Positions 13,661 to 31,599 of a stretch of 64,000 nt of DNA are shown here, piece by piece. This DNA comes from Eledone cirrhosa (Eukaryota), in NCBI GenBank assembly GCA_964016885.1, contig OZ024747.1, forward strand, positions 59,086,001 through 59,150,000, written 5' to 3'. A program made the translations under genes and the position numbers. The notes under the pieces were generated by a model. That model was given only the letters and a program-made list of their open reading frames with translations. It was not told the origin of the DNA and did not search any database. The stretch's first letter is position 1, and every line of letters begins with the position of its first letter.

Positions 13661-14089
13661 ATAAAAAAAACATGTCAGTACACCTCATACACAAAAGCAT
13701 AGATCACTCCCCCGCAAATGGAAGGACACCTACTTACTTACACGTACATACAATGCAAGAACAAACTGTAATGCTTATAGATCATTTATGTGCTATGATG
13801 AGGGGGCGGGGCCGTAATTACGGGTATACAGGTACATAAATACAAACATAAAGGTGCATTACAGGTGTACAAATACATAAATACATATAAACAAAAATAA
13901 ACGTGAATTTACTGGTGTAGAGATACTTATACACAAATATAAAGGTGTATTTACAGGTGTGCAGATACATAAATACAAATATAAAGGTGTATATATAGGT
14001 ATATAGATACATATACACAAACATAAAGTTTGCATTTACAGGTATAAAGGTATAAACAAACATAAAGGTATGTGGTATCTCAGATTTAT

Positions 14090-14825
14090 CAAGGTTGGTA
14101 TATTAATCACAGTAAAAAACCAGGCTAAAACAGTCAACGTTTTAGATATTAATTTAAACTTGAACACATCCCTTCAAATTTCTAATAAATATGCAAATGA
14201 AGAGATACGAAATATAAACCAAGCCTCCAACATTCCTCCTAGTATACTAAAAATAAACTAGCAAAATAATATATCCTTAAAGCTATCCGACTTATCTTCC
14301 AATGAATCTGTCCTCGAAGAAATAACGACTCCCTACAATAACGCTTTACAAAATAGTGAACACAAAAATAAAACACAGATGAACAATGGAGAAACAAGTA
14401 AAATGAATGAAAATAAAAATACGAAAATTAGTTGGTTCAACTAACAACAGTAGCAGCAAAATTCTTCGAACTGTAATTTCCCCAGGGTCCAGAAGTACCA
14501 CAAGCTAATCAACAAACAGGTTATTAAACTATCATACTCTACAACTCAAAACTTTGATGAGAGCATCGCCAACATGAGTTACAATAAGTTAACCAACATA
14601 CAAAATACTAGTAACGTCTCCAACTTCACTCTTATCAATACCACAGCCTGTCCACTAAATAGCGTAACCACTAACTCAATCTTACGAATACAGGCCACCT
14701 ACATAGGCTTTACAGCAAACACTTTTAAGAAAAGTACTAAGTACTCATTTCCACTTTTCGAAATATAAACAGATAAAGAAACAATACCTCTTTATCTTGC
14801 CATACATGGTTCCTAATATCAAATT
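14090..14825 (+). pseudogene. Decayed PLE ORF (RT thumb to GIY-YIG endonuclease)
   Basis: With stops and frameshifts: GILITVKNQAKTVNVLDINLNLNT...SNIPPSILK...LSDLSSNE...PYNNAL; KISWFN; YHKLINKQVIKLSYS; CPLN...YIGFTANTFK; TSLSCHTW. Order matches PLE ORF motifs. Confidence 0.75.
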
Positions 14826-14870
14826 AATACCGTCACCACATCGCATGAAATATTATTACCTCTGGCGTCC

Positions 14871-14988
14871 GCTGAGTTCAAATCCCGCCGAGGTTTACCT
14901 TGCCTTTCATCCTTACGGGGTCGATAAAATAAAGTACCAGTAATGCACTGGGTAATTGCTGGCCTTGTGACAAAAGTAGAAACAGTTA
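14871..14988 (+). mobile_element. Deu/Nin-domain SINE, 5'-truncated
   Basis: gagttcaaatcccgccgagg...gcctttcatccttacggggtcgataaaataaagtaccag...gctggccttgtgacaaaagtagaaac. Confidence 0.8.
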
Positions 14989-15378
14989 TATAGCACATAA
15001 TATACTCTGCCAATTATGCACAACTTATGAAATATTATATACCAAATCCAAACTACTCAACCAAAACTCCGAACATGTTTATTCCTGCAAACATAAAATT
15101 TTACAACATATTTTACAAATCCAAGATATATATATTTATGATTACATGCGTGTATGTGTATGTATATATATATATATGTAGAGAGAGAGAGAGAGGGGGG
15201 AGAAAGAGAGAGAAAGAGAGCTGGATACATAGTTGCATACGTACGTGCATACATACATATGTACTCCCACCCTACCATAAAGCAGACGATAAAAACTTAG
15301 AGATAATGGCTTATTTCCCAGTTGACAGATAAATTCTGTTATGAATCATTATGGAGTCACTGTATTACATATATACAG

Positions 15379-15420
<42 letters not shown>

Positions 15421-15539
15421 TGTGAATACATATATATATGTGTGTGTGTGTGTATCTGTGTGTACTATAGATTGATGGTTTCAGTGGTGTATGGGTAGTA
15501 ATGAGAATGAGATCAATGTTATAGTAAAGCGAGGAGGTG

Positions 15540-16100
15540 AATGTGATGGCGGTGTTGCTGGTTGTGGTATTGGTGGTGGTGGTGATATTGGTGGTGGTGG
15601 TGGTATTGGTGGCGGTAGTAATGGTGGTGGTGGTGGTATTGGTGGCGGTGGTATTGGTGGCGGTGGTAATGGTGGTATTGGAGTTGTTGTTGGTGGTGGT
15701 GATGGTGGTGGTGCTGGTGGTATTGGTGGTGGTGGCGGTGTTGGTGGTGGTGATATTGGTGGTGGTATTGGTGGCGGCGGTGGTGGTAATGGTGGTATTG
15801 GTGGTGGTGGCGGTGGTGGTGGTATTAGTGGCGGTGTTGGTGGTGGTATTGGTGGCGGTGTTGGTGGTATTGGTGATGGAGGTGGTGGTATTGGAGGTGG
15901 TGGTGGTGGTAATATTGGTGGTGGTGGTGATATTGGTGATGGAGGTGGTGGTATTGGAGGTGGTGTTGGTGATATTGGTGGTGGTGGTGGTATTGGTGGC
16001 GGTGTTGGTGGTATTGGAGGTGGTGGTGGGCATATTGGTGGTGGTGGTGGTGATGATGATGTGGTGGTGGTGGTGATGGTGGTGGTGGTGGTGATGATGA
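15540..16100. repeat. (GGT)n/ggtatt low-complexity repeat
   Basis: Direct reading. Confidence 0.9.
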
Positions 16101-16259
16101 TATTTTGGTGATTGTGTTAAGGGTTGTTGTAGGGGAATTAATAATATATTTTCTTTTATGATGATGTTGCTATAAATATATTTGTTGTTGTTAGCGTTGA
16201 TGTTGTTTCAGTTCTTTTCTTAATATTTTATCCAAAGTCTGCATAGATAAAAGAAATCT

Positions 16260-16425
16260 ACGACAAAATGTGTTCCATCCGTGACGATCACGTATTTTTC
16301 TTATATGGAATAAGGCAAGAAACGTATTATCCAGTATGCCTTTTTCATAGTCGGCAATGTGTAATTTGAGAGAGATTTGACTGCGATATCTATCAGGTCA
16401 ACCAACAATGTAGATGTGCCCTCAA
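16260..16425 (+). mobile_element. Old interspersed repeat remnant
   Basis: tgtaatttgagagagatttgactgcgatatctatcaggtc resembles a common octopus repeat as recalled; not verified. Confidence 0.35.
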
Positions 16426-16519
16426 TTTAAATAGGGTTCTGGAGGAAAGTCCTTTTTCAAAGAACCAAATAGTTTGTGTTCAATTTCCATTGAACCCAAT
16501 CTTATCTTTCATAGTCTTT

Positions 16520-16885
16520 TCTTCTTCTTCTCCTTCTTCCTCTTCTTCATCTTCTCCTTCTCCTTCTTCTTCTTCCTGTGAGGGTCATGGGCACCGAGTC
16601 CTCGAACACTCCTTCCAGCGGGTCCTGTCAGAAGCAATCGTCTCGAACTAATCCAGCTGGATCGACAAGCGAGACGAGCTAAGTTCATGGATGTTATCCG
16701 ACCAACTTGTTGGGAGTCTGCCCATGGGTCTCCTGCCAGTTGGTCTTGACCGTAACATCTGTCCAGTGCTACTTTCCTGAGACATTCTAACCACATGACC
16801 ATAGTGTCGGAGCTGTGATCTCTCAATTCTGAGAAGGGGAGGCTCTACCTGCAATGACTCACTGATCTACGAGCCACGCACTTTC
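16520..16885 (-). mobile_element. RTE (Rex3/Expander-like) LINE 3' fragment with (GAA)n tail
   Basis: QVEPPLLRIERSQLRHYGHVVRM...RSRPTGRRPMGRLPTSWSDNI matches the Rex3/RTE ORF C-terminus; GAA-rich tail at 16520-16575 on the minus strand. Confidence 0.8.
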
Positions 16886-17089
16886 ATAGTTCCTCTCTTC
16901 TTAAATTATATTAACACTACGAAGTGAGGTGAGAATATACAGCAAAACCTCCCTTAAGGATATTAAAGTCAACCGCAACAATGTAATTGTATATATGTTC
17001 CCATACAAACACACAGGCTTACAGACACACAGTCACACGGACATACACGCACACACATACACACACACGCACGCGCGCGTATATATTCA

Positions 17090-17185
<96 letters not shown>

Positions 17186-17312
17186 CATATATGTTTGCAT
17201 GTATGCAAATCTACGCATGTATGTACATATGTATGGATGTATGTGTGTATATATATATATATGTATATATACATATATACATACATACATACATATATGC
17301 ATACATGCAAAC

Positions 17313-17362
<50 letters not shown>

Positions 17363-17410
17363 ACGTTTGCATCTATGCATATATGTATGTATGTTTATGT
17401 ATATATGTAG

Positions 17411-17441
<31 letters not shown>

Positions 17442-17604
17442 TACATACATACGAACATACATACATAGACACATACATCGACAAATATATATACACATAT
17501 GAGAACTATCGGAGACACGTTTATATAAGCTCCATCGCCCATAGTCATCGTGGCACAATGACAACACGTGTGTGGTGTGTAAACATAATTACAAGTGACT
17601 ACAC

Positions 17605-17736
<132 letters not shown>

Positions 17737-17765
17737 GTATATGCATGTAAATATATGTTTAAATA

Positions 17766-17806
<41 letters not shown>

Positions 17807-17862
17807 GAAAAGTATAGAAATTATTGTGGCAAGAAGCCAACAGTATTCCATATATATATATA

Positions 17863-17896
<34 letters not shown>

Positions 17897-17898
<2 letters not shown>

Positions 17899-18110
17899 GG
17901 AAAAAGTAAGGCCCCGACGGCAGAGCTCAACCCGTTTCGACGGCTATTTCGGGACTAAATTCACCACTTTAGTCCAGAAATAGCTGTCGAAACAGCTTGA
18001 GCTCTGCCGTCGGGGTCTTACTTTTTCCTATTTCCCAATCTACTACCCTAAATATTAAGTACTCTGGTGCGTTATGGTCCATCTCGTTCCTTACCACAAT
18101 TCCTTTGTCA
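17897..18110 (+). mobile_element. PLE-derived hairpin-plus-tail insertion (family F1)
   Basis: Inverted arms 17897-17959 and 17968-18030, tail to 18110, (TA)n flanks. Confidence 0.75.
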
Positions 18111-18170
18111 TATATATATATATGTATATATACATATATATATATATGTATATGTATATATGTATATATG

Positions 18171-18272
<102 letters not shown>

Positions 18273-18303
18273 CGCACGCACGCAGACACTCGCACACACA
18301 CAC

Positions 18304-18399
<96 letters not shown>

Positions 18400-18677
18400 T
18401 GTAATCATGTGAGATGCAGCAATCACGGATCATTTACTCGGAGTTTGTGGAAACATTTATCACTTTTTCTCGCTCACTAACCAAATCCCTCTTAACTAAT
18501 CTAATTGGAAACAGCATAACGTTACTGAAGAAACGCTGGTCTTTGAAATCTAAATGGGAGTGTCTCTTCCATATTTGTGTTTGTGTGGCGTACATGTTTG
18601 CATGGTTTGTGTGTGTGAACTTATTTGCTTGTGTAAGAATTAATGAATTTGTGTGTCAATGCGTCAATACAAACACG

Positions 18678-18734
<57 letters not shown>

Positions 18735-18737
<3 letters not shown>

Positions 18738-18970
18738 GAAGGAAACGTGGTAAGGAACAAGGTGGACAATAACGCACCAAAGTACTCAATACTTAGGGTA
18801 GTAGAGTGGGTAATAGAAACGAGTAGGACCCCGACGGCTGAGCTCAAGCCGTTTCGACAGCTAATTCAGGACGAAAAAAAAAAAATCATTTTTTTTTTTT
18901 TTTTTTTTTTTTTTACACCTGAATAAGCCGTCGAAACGGCTTGAGCTCAGCCGTCGGGGTCCTACTCGTT

Positions 18971-18975
<5 letters not shown>
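18735..18975 (-). mobile_element. PLE-derived hairpin-plus-tail insertion (family F1), opposite orientation
   Basis: Tail 18735-18812, arms 18813-18870 and 18918-18975, loop with A12 and a long T run. Confidence 0.75.
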
Positions 18976-19018
<43 letters not shown>

Positions 19019-19060
19019 TGTATGTATATATGTATGTATGTAATATTTGTATATAGGAAA

Positions 19061-19247
19061 ATAATTGTTTCTACTTTTGGCACAAGGCCAGCAATTACTC
19101 AGTGTATTACTGGTACTTTATGTTATCGACCCCATAAGGATGAAAGGCAAATTTAACCTCGGCGGGATTTGAACTCACAACGGCAAGGGCCGTAAATCCA
19201 TGCGTCAAAGCATGGCGTCCGACCCTCTACCGATACTGCCAATCCAC
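19061..19247 (-). mobile_element. Deu/Nin-domain SINE, near full length
   Basis: Closely matches 10594-10780 and 36149-36339. Confidence 0.8.
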
Positions 19248-19542
19248 AAAAATTTGGCAAAGCACCGAATGTGTTTATACTTATTATATATATGATATGT
19301 ATATAGCACACAACGAAAAAATGTTTTTCACAGCAAAAAAATAGATTTTGTACCTGACCGGTTTCGCTTAAGCAGATTTTCAAACGGTTTGTCATGTCTA
19401 ATTTTCTAAGTTTGCATTTTTAATGTTATTATTGCTTATGTTTTTGTTAAAACAATGGTCGCAACAGGTTAATTTTCTACCCCTTGTGTCGAGGCAAACA
19501 CAATCTTTAACAAGGAATTTAACTCTGATCTGATCAGCTATT

Positions 19543-20010
<468 letters not shown>

Positions 20011-20271
20011 ATATATATTGTGTATGTAATACAGTGAATTACTGGTGTTGGTACAAGAACAAGCACTCTATGCACAAGCAGAATGTATGTGATTTTTTTT
20101 TCCTTTCGAATATTTTCGTGTTTGGAGACAATCGTACGGTAAGTAAAACACTATCTCTTTTGAATCCTGAAGAACTCAATACAGAGGAATAAAATACTAC
20201 TTCTTTCTGTATATAAATATACAGTGCTTTTACTCTGATACAAACATAACTATGATATGATCAGATCTTAA

Positions 20272-20324
<53 letters not shown>

Positions 20325-20343
20325 TATACATATATATATATAT

Positions 20344-20443
20344 AGGAAAATGTAGACATTTTCCTATTACCCACTCTATACCCTAAGGATTGATTACTCT
20401 GGTGCGTTATGGTCCATCTAGTTCCTTTCCACAACTCCTTCGT

Positions 20444-20444
<1 letters not shown>
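20344..20444 (+). mobile_element. Family F1 insertion reduced to arm stubs plus tail
   Basis: aggaaaatgtagacattttcct mini-hairpin followed by the F1 tail. Confidence 0.65.
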
Positions 20445-20481
<37 letters not shown>

Positions 20482-21079
20482 CGTGCATTATATTTTTCCA
20501 TATAATGTATATGCTCCGAATCGAGATCTGCCCCTGTTTTAACTAAAACAACTCTATACTATTTACTATGAAATAATAGTGGAATAAATTCTATGAAATA
20601 CGGAACATTATACTGGAAATTATACAATATGTATTATCTGTAGGTTTGATACACACAATATAAACTTTCGTTTCAACATAATAAGTATATTGCAATTCAA
20701 GCATGTTGATATAGAGAGATAAGAATTCATGGTTGGATAGGAGAAGCAAGAAGATTTTGACACCATTCCAAGTCTACGATAGTAAAGCTAATATTGTTAG
20801 CATGTACCTAGGGATGAAGTGATCTTATGTAAATACAGATCGGTTATAATATAAAACTGATTGCAGTCGGAGAGGTTATTAATATATTAAAGGAGTGGAC
20901 GAGAGGTATAGCTATATTAATATGAAGAGAATCTTATTCTTATTTATATATGGAGACATATGAGACGTAAAATAAATAGCTGAATACACCGAAAGAAGAT
21001 ATAGAGATAAAAACAGTGGAAAGAAGAATAATCACAATATAACATAGAAATGTACTCAGAATATGCTGAGTGTGTACAT

Positions 21080-21144
<65 letters not shown>

Positions 21145-21179
21145 TGAGTGTGTGTGTGTGGGGTGAGGTGTCATGTTTA

Positions 21180-21310
21180 ATACAGAAATGGCTTCTACAG
21201 GACTAGAACTGTTTCGTTCAAATGAAGTCTTCGGGAAAGCCTGATGTTAACATTCTATCCCTGTACTGAGTGCCTTACTTACTGTGGTTACCTTCGATTG
21301 AACTCGGGAC
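21180..21310. mobile_element. PLE-derived insertion (family F7)
   Basis: Shares ttctacaggactagaactgtttc and gagtgccttacttactgtggttacct with 59196-59472; minus strand has CCGAAGA...GAAAcagttc. Confidence 0.6.
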
Positions 21311-21311
21311 T

Positions 21312-21366
<55 letters not shown>

Positions 21367-21940
21367 CTGTGTGTGTGTGTATATATATATATATATTACG
21401 TAGCGACAAAGTCGACACAGATGAATAAGAGCAAGATTACTCTATAGGTAAAACAAGAGCTAAATTATATATTATGATTCGTACACTTGAAACATTTATA
21501 CCGCTACCTTAGGTTTCAAGACAAGACTCGGAATTCCTTTTCAAACTGTGAAGGTCTGCAATTCTTTGTGTGTGAAAATCAAAATATCTGAACGAGACCT
21601 CTGGATGAAATCCCGCAGGAAGTGACGACTTGAATAGAAATTGAGTTGTTTTACAAAGACAATGAGAGGCAACCCTTGTAAAGACATGGATCATAGATAA
21701 ATATAAATTACATTACAGCATGTGTGCTATTATATGCATTGGAAAATAATGTAAAAATGGTGTGTTTATGTATAATTGGGCGTTGTGTGTATGTTATATT
21801 GTTTGATATCAGTGGTTAGTGTGTGGGTGAGTGTATATATATATATATATATAAATAAACGGCAAGAGCTCAGTCGTCGGGGTCCCGACTCTTTATAATA
21901 TTACCATACTCTTCTATCCCAAGTATTGACTACTCTGATT

Positions 21941-21971
<31 letters not shown>

Positions 21972-22135
21972 AAAAGGTAAACAGAAATAATAACACAATC
22001 AGTACAGTATGCGGAAGGAATATATTAGGTTAACGCTTGATATAGCAGGAAGAGGGCCTTAACGTTTCGGACGCTAGTCCTTCATCAGAAGAAAGTATTT
22101 GAAATTACATAAATTGAGGGACGGGAAATATTTAT
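21972..22135 (-). mobile_element. PLE pLTR fragment with hammerhead motif
   Basis: Homologous to 49320-49440. Confidence 0.6.
22057..22095 (-). ncRNA. Minimal type I hammerhead ribozyme motif
   Basis: Minus strand: ctt CTGATGA a ggac tagc gtcc GAAA cg TTA agg; canonical core and perfect stem II. Confidence 0.75.
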
Positions 22136-22526
22136 ATTGGAAATATTTATATATATATATATACTATTTTACTATTTTACCTGTTCCAGCCATCCGGCTG
22201 AGGCCATGCTGGGCACCGCATATATATATATTGTTTACGAGTATTTAAAATCTATTGTATATATATGTAACATGAAGTGTGGGGAAAGAGAGAGAAGGAT
22301 GTTAGTGCTTATTACGAGAAATAAAGTGCGTTTGCAGTTATTTATGCATGGATACATGTTTGTGAGTATGTGTGACTACGTGTATTTTTGTATACATGCA
22401 AGCATATAGTTATGCATGCAACACAAGAACGTATGTGTGAATAAATATATATATATGTGTGCATGTGTGTGTTGTGTACGTGTGTATATAAGTATTTATG
22501 CATGTATATATATGTATATAAATGTG

Positions 22527-22565
<39 letters not shown>

Positions 22566-22639
22566 ATGTGTGTATATATTAATGTATATATTCATATATT
22601 TATTTATATACACACACACATATATGTACATATGTATAC

Positions 22640-22675
<36 letters not shown>

Positions 22676-22908
22676 TGGGGCGGGGGGGGGGGGGATATGT
22701 GTAAATGTACCTGTGAAAATCTGCAGAGATATATATTTCCCAGTTTCTAAACTCTGAACTGCAAACTAATACAATATAAGGTATTTGTACGCATGCGTAG
22801 ACACCCCACTCATCTCTCACATTTGTTTACAAACGACCATTGACCTTTCTTGAGGATTATTACTATCTATGGAGCAGCAATATTTTGCATCAGAATAAAG
22901 AGAAATTA

Positions 22909-22956
<48 letters not shown>

Positions 22957-23058
22957 GCATAGGCACCCATGCACGCATACCTATACATATATAAATATAT
23001 ATACACACACACATATAAATATATATATATACACATACACATAGGTATACATATATAC

Positions 23059-23095
<37 letters not shown>

Positions 23096-23869
23096 TATAT
23101 ATATGTGTCTGTATGTGTGCGTGTCTGTGTGTGCATGCGTTTGTGTGTATGTGTGTGTCTGTTTGTACGTGCAAACAAACAAGAACAAAATGGATGATTC
23201 TGCAATATTTTGCGGTTTTGGCGTTATAGCAGAACATATCCATAATGAAATCAACCATATCTATACCTACATCATTATTAAGTACAGCAGAAGAACGAAG
23301 AACAATCAAAAGAAGGTAACATGATAAATAAAGAAAGAAATATATAAATAAACAAACATATAGATAAATAAATATGTAAATAAATAAAGCCTTTATTCTC
23401 ACCTAAATATATCGATGATTTCCCACCGAAATGTTGCATGTAAGCAGGCAGAAATACAGAAATTCCGAAGAAAAATAGAACAGAATAAAAATGATATAAA
23501 TATTACGGCACCAAGAATGCTGGAATTAAAAAAAAACAAGATGAAAGAATGAAGGAAGTGAAGAAGAGAAATGTGTTTATGGAAGAGCATAGCTGCAATA
23601 ATAAATAATTAAGGTATACACTAGATAGGAGAATGGGGAAGAATAACACGGTGGAAAAGGAAAATATATTTATAAAATAATTTTTTACTAGGGTTCACAA
23701 CATTGAGCATGTTTCCATGAGGAATATTAATGATAATAAGGGGTAGAAGGGGTGGGGGGTGGGGGATAAGAAAGGGAAGAAAAAGAAGAAGAACAACAAA
23801 AGGCATAAAACATAAGGCCAGAATGTAGGTTGCTAGATAGAAGGAAGAGCTTGATTGTAGAAACTACAC

Positions 23870-24240
23870 AGCTTAATACAACACTACACAACACATGACA
23901 TAACACATCAAACAACAGAACACACAACACAATACTACACTACACATCACTGCACAATAAACCACAACACTACATAACACTACACAACACAACACAGCAC
24001 TACACAACATGACACTACACTACACAATACAACACAGCACTACACAACACAACACAATGCAATACTACACAACACTACACAACGCAACACAATACTACAA
24101 GACAACACTAAACAACACTACACAACACAATACAACATAACACAGCACTACACAACACAACACTACACTACGCTACACAACACAACACAGTACAGCACTA
24201 CACAACACAACACAGCACAACACAATACTACACAACACCA
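23870..24240. repeat. Pentanucleotide (CAACA/CACTA)n satellite
   Basis: Direct reading. Confidence 0.9.
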
Positions 24241-24249
24241 TAACGTTTA

Positions 24250-24390
24250 AACATTGCCGTTGTTGTTGCATCTCCGTCTGTTACGACGATGAGCATTCCA
24301 GAACAGACTGATCATAAATTTAACGTGTAAGTGGCCAAGCATTCCACAGATACTTGTACACTTAACAGAGCTCTCAGGGAGATTCAACAT
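24250..24390 (+). mobile_element. SINE body remnant
   Basis: ttaacgtgtaagtggccaagcattccacagatacttgtacacttaacagagctctcagggagattca resembles a common octopus SINE body as recalled. Confidence 0.45.
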
Positions 24391-24470
24391 AGAGGAAAGT
24401 AATTTAGAATTATGATTATAGAATCCTTTTGTATGACATAGGGAAATGATACACTAATAACAACAACAAC

Positions 24471-24517
<47 letters not shown>

Positions 24518-24884
24518 CAGCAGCAATGGTAATAGTAATAATGTTAGGAAAATCAGTAAAGAAGAAGAAAAATTAGCAAAAGTTAGTGGTGATGGGGAGA
24601 GGAGGGTGTGAGGAGTGGATAAGAATAGTGGAGGGGAGGAAGGGTGGGGATAAGGGAGAGGAGACTGAGGAGAGGGGAAGGGGATGAAATTAAAAACAAA
24701 ACTAGATTAAATAGAAGTGAATCCTTAGGCAATTGGAGCTAATTAAATGTGTTAATGAAAGGAAGGCAAAACAACTGGAAAACAACAACAACAACAGCTG
24801 CTGTATGTGTGGAGGATTGTAAATATTGCCTAAAATGGACGCATGGCATGATGGGAAGGTGTTAGCAGAAATATCATGAATATC

Positions 24885-25962
24885 AATAACAGTAACAACA
24901 GCAACAATAACAGCAACATGTTCCTAAAATACCAAAAACAGCAACAGCAATAACAATAACAACAGTAACAACAATAACAACAATAACACCAGCAATAACA
25001 ACAGCAACAACAGCAATAACAACAACAACAGTAACAACAATAACAACAATAACACCAGCAATAACAACAGCAACAACAGCAATAACAACAACAACAGCAG
25101 CAATGACAACAGCAATAACAACAATAACAACAACAACACCAGCAATAACAACAACAACAGCAATAACTACAACAACAGCACCAATGACAACAGCAACAAT
25201 AACAACAATAACACCAGCAATAACAACAGCAACAACAGCAATACAACAACACAGTAACAGTAATAACAACAATAACACCAGCAATAACAACAGCAACAAC
25301 AGCAATAACAACAGCAATTACAATAACAACAGCAATTACAATAACAACAACAAACCCAGCAATAACAACAATAACAGCAACAACAGCAATAACAACAACA
25401 ACAACACCAGCAATAATAACAATAACAACAATAACAACAACAACACCGGCAATGACAACAGCAACAACAACAATAACAACAATAACACCAGCAATAACAA
25501 CAGCAACAACAACAATAACAACAACACCAGCAATAACAACAATAACAACAACACCAGCAATAACAACAATAACAACAACAACACCAGCAATGACAACAGC
25601 AATAACAACAATAACAACAACAACACAAGCAATAACAACAATAACAACAATAACAACAACACCAGCAATAACAACAGCAACAACAGCAATAACAACAACA
25701 CCACCAATAACAACAGCAACAACAGCAATAACAACAACAACACCAGCAATGACAACAGCAACAACAACAATAACAACAACAACACCAGCAATAACAACAG
25801 CTGCAACAGCAATAACAACAACAACACCAGCAATGACAACAATAACAACAACAACACCAGCAATAACAACAACAACAACAACAACAACAACAATAACAAC
25901 AATAACACCAGCAATAACAACAACAATAACAGTAATAACAACAATAACACCAGCAATAACAG
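24885..25962. repeat. (AAC/AAT/AGC)n compound repeat
   Basis: Direct reading; caccagcaataacaac subunits. Confidence 0.95.
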
Positions 25963-26085
25963 TCAACCTCACGAATCTCCTTCCTCGGTCGATTTTGCGA
26001 AGGAAATACGGCGATTTAGATCATCTTAGCTTTTAATGGCAAGCGGCAAAATCAGTGACTATTCGATGGAAAGTCCTGGTTCTAC

Positions 26086-27805
<1,720 letters not shown>

Positions 27806-27812
<7 letters not shown>

Positions 27813-28150
27813 ATGATATTAAATAATTGGAAACTATATTTATAAAACCATATTTATCCATATAAAAGTATATTTATCCTGGAAATGATAACTTGAACCG
27901 TTAAGGTATATTCTCCTTGGTTATGTCAAAATTTATAAAACACACTTCGTATTTTATCTGATGATAGCGTACCAAAATTGTTGGTACCCTTGAAATATAT
28001 ATAATAAAATAAATATTGTTTTATAAATATAGTTTCCATTTATTTAATATCATTGTATATTATACTCCAGAATTCTTGTTGAGTGCTCTAAATCAGTTAT
28101 AAACATTTATATTTGTTGAATTACTAACAAATTGAATATCCCTTCTGCTT
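27806..28150 (+). mobile_element. PLE-derived hairpin-plus-tail insertion (family F3)
   Basis: Arms 27806-27857 and 28009-28060; hammerhead core at 27958-27995; homologue at 58030-58170. Confidence 0.7.
27950..28011 (+). ncRNA. Type I hammerhead ribozyme motif
   Basis: tattttat CTGATGA ..gtaccaa/ttggtac.. GAAA tatata TA ataaaata; 8-bp stem I, palindromic stem III. Confidence 0.7.
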
Positions 28151-28217
28151 ATATATATATATATATAAAATGTGGAGAAGAAGCACGAGTTGGAACATAT
28201 ATATATATATATATGTA

Positions 28218-28378
28218 AATAGGGAGAAAAAAACGATTATTAGGAAGAAAAAAAATTTTTTTTCCTTTATTTTTTTCTCTTTTTTCTAGGTTAGAAAATG
28301 TTAAAAACAAAATATTTTACTTTGTGTGAAGTGTTAAGGTATTAGTTAATGTATTTATTAATTAACAATAGCATTGAT

Positions 28379-28413
<35 letters not shown>

Positions 28414-28630
28414 TAAATTTTATTTTTTTTTTATTTAATAATATTAAATAAATAAATTAATAAATAAATAAATGATATTGTTAATTAATAAATAAATTAA
28501 CTAATACCTTAACACTTCACACAAAGTAAAATATTTTGTTTTAAACATTTTCTAACCCAGAAAAAAGAGAAAAAAATAAAGGAAAAAATATATTTTCCTT
28601 CCTAATAATCGTTTCTTTTTTCTCCCTATT
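28218..28630. repeat. Long AT-rich foldback, arms about 180 bp (PLE pLTR family F6)
   Basis: 28218-28395 is inverted relative to 28450-28630; the same sequence lies at 58960-59137 downstream of a GIY-YIG remnant. Confidence 0.85.
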
Positions 28631-28655
28631 ATTATATATATATACATATATATGC

Positions 28656-29120
28656 CACGTATGGTCCCTCAAGGACTCAAGTATAGACTACTCCATTCAA
28701 TAGAAAGCCATCACTAAGTCCAGGCCATACGCAAGGGGAAATCCGACATGTGGCTTATGTATTGACGAACAAATAACTATTCTAAAGAGATACGCAATAG
28801 TGATTGCCTAAACATGAGAAATGAATTTTTCACACGTTGTTCACACGTCGCCAAACACCTATTGCATAACTACAAGGCTACGGACTGATTCTTTGTAATT
28901 TTATTTTCAACCTAGAAACTTTTCGGACTTTCGCAGTTATCTCCCTTACACCTCTCGCCCGCAGTCTACTATTGTCTGTGTGAAGTGACCGGGTTTCTGC
29001 GCATGCGCGTTCATACGGTTGTCCTTCCTGTTCCTATAACCATGCCCATTCAGAGCTGAGGATCCGCTAAGGTGAAACAATTGTTCTCGGTATGGTGAAC
29101 TAACTGTTGTGTAACCACTA
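28656..29120 (+). mobile_element. PLE 3' end: endonuclease C-terminus, 3' UTR and hammerhead arm (parent of family F2)
   Basis: HVWSLKDSSIDYSIQ*KAITKSRPYARGNPTCGLCIDEQITIL then, after a frameshift, CLNMRNEFFTRCSHVAKHLLHNY; fits the WxLK...CxLCxxE...LNxRxE...CxH tail of PLE GIY-YIG domains. Confidence 0.8.
29053..29090 (+). ncRNA. Minimal type I hammerhead ribozyme motif
   Basis: gag CTGAGGA tccgctaaggt GAAA caattg tt ctc; palindromic CAATTG stem III. Confidence 0.7.
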
Positions 29121-29134
29121 CTATATATATATAG

Positions 29135-31012
<1,878 letters not shown>

Positions 31013-31172
31013 TTGATGTTATTGTTACTGTTATTGTTCATGTTGTAACCATTGCTTTTGTTGATATTGCCTATGATTTTATTGTTTATATTTTGTTATT
31101 TTTGTTGTTGATGTAGACGTTTGTATAATTTGATATGTTGTAATATTTTTATTGTATTTGTGAATGAATAAT

Positions 31173-31535
31173 AATAATTGTTCCTACTGTTGGCACAAGG
31201 CAAGCAATTACCCCAATGCATTATTCGTACTTTATGTTATCGACACCGTAAGGATGAAAGGCAAAGTTAACCTCGGCGGGATTTGAACTCAGAATGGCAA
31301 GGGCCGTAACTCAATGCGTCAAAGCATGGCGTCCGACCCTCTACCGATACTGCCAATATTGTTCCTACGTTTGGCACAATGCCAGCAATTACTCCAGTGC
31401 ATTACTGGTACTTTATTTTATCGACCCCGTAAGGATGAAAGGCAAAGTTAACCTCGGCGGGATGTGAACTCAGACTGTAAAGGGGCGAAACTATGCTAGA
31501 AAGCATGGCGTCCAACCCTCTACCGATACTGCCAA
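31173..31535 (-). mobile_element. Two tandem Deu/Nin-domain SINEs (31173-31356 and 31357-31535)
   Basis: Two head-to-tail copies of the 10594-type SINE. Confidence 0.8.
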
Positions 31536-31599
31536 TGTAACAATATAATCGTTAAGAGCGAAAACAAATTTTTTTTTTTTTAAATATTTTTATTATTAT

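Noticed and set aside
15491-16111. Glycine-rich structural protein ORF (also 3802-4530 and 37373-38611)
   Set aside because: (GGT)n microsatellite open in several frames and both strands; no signal peptide or splice support.
21490-21700. Possible decayed PLE endonuclease tail
   Set aside because: Only faint CNSLC and LNRN/ELFYK resemblance across frames; insufficient.
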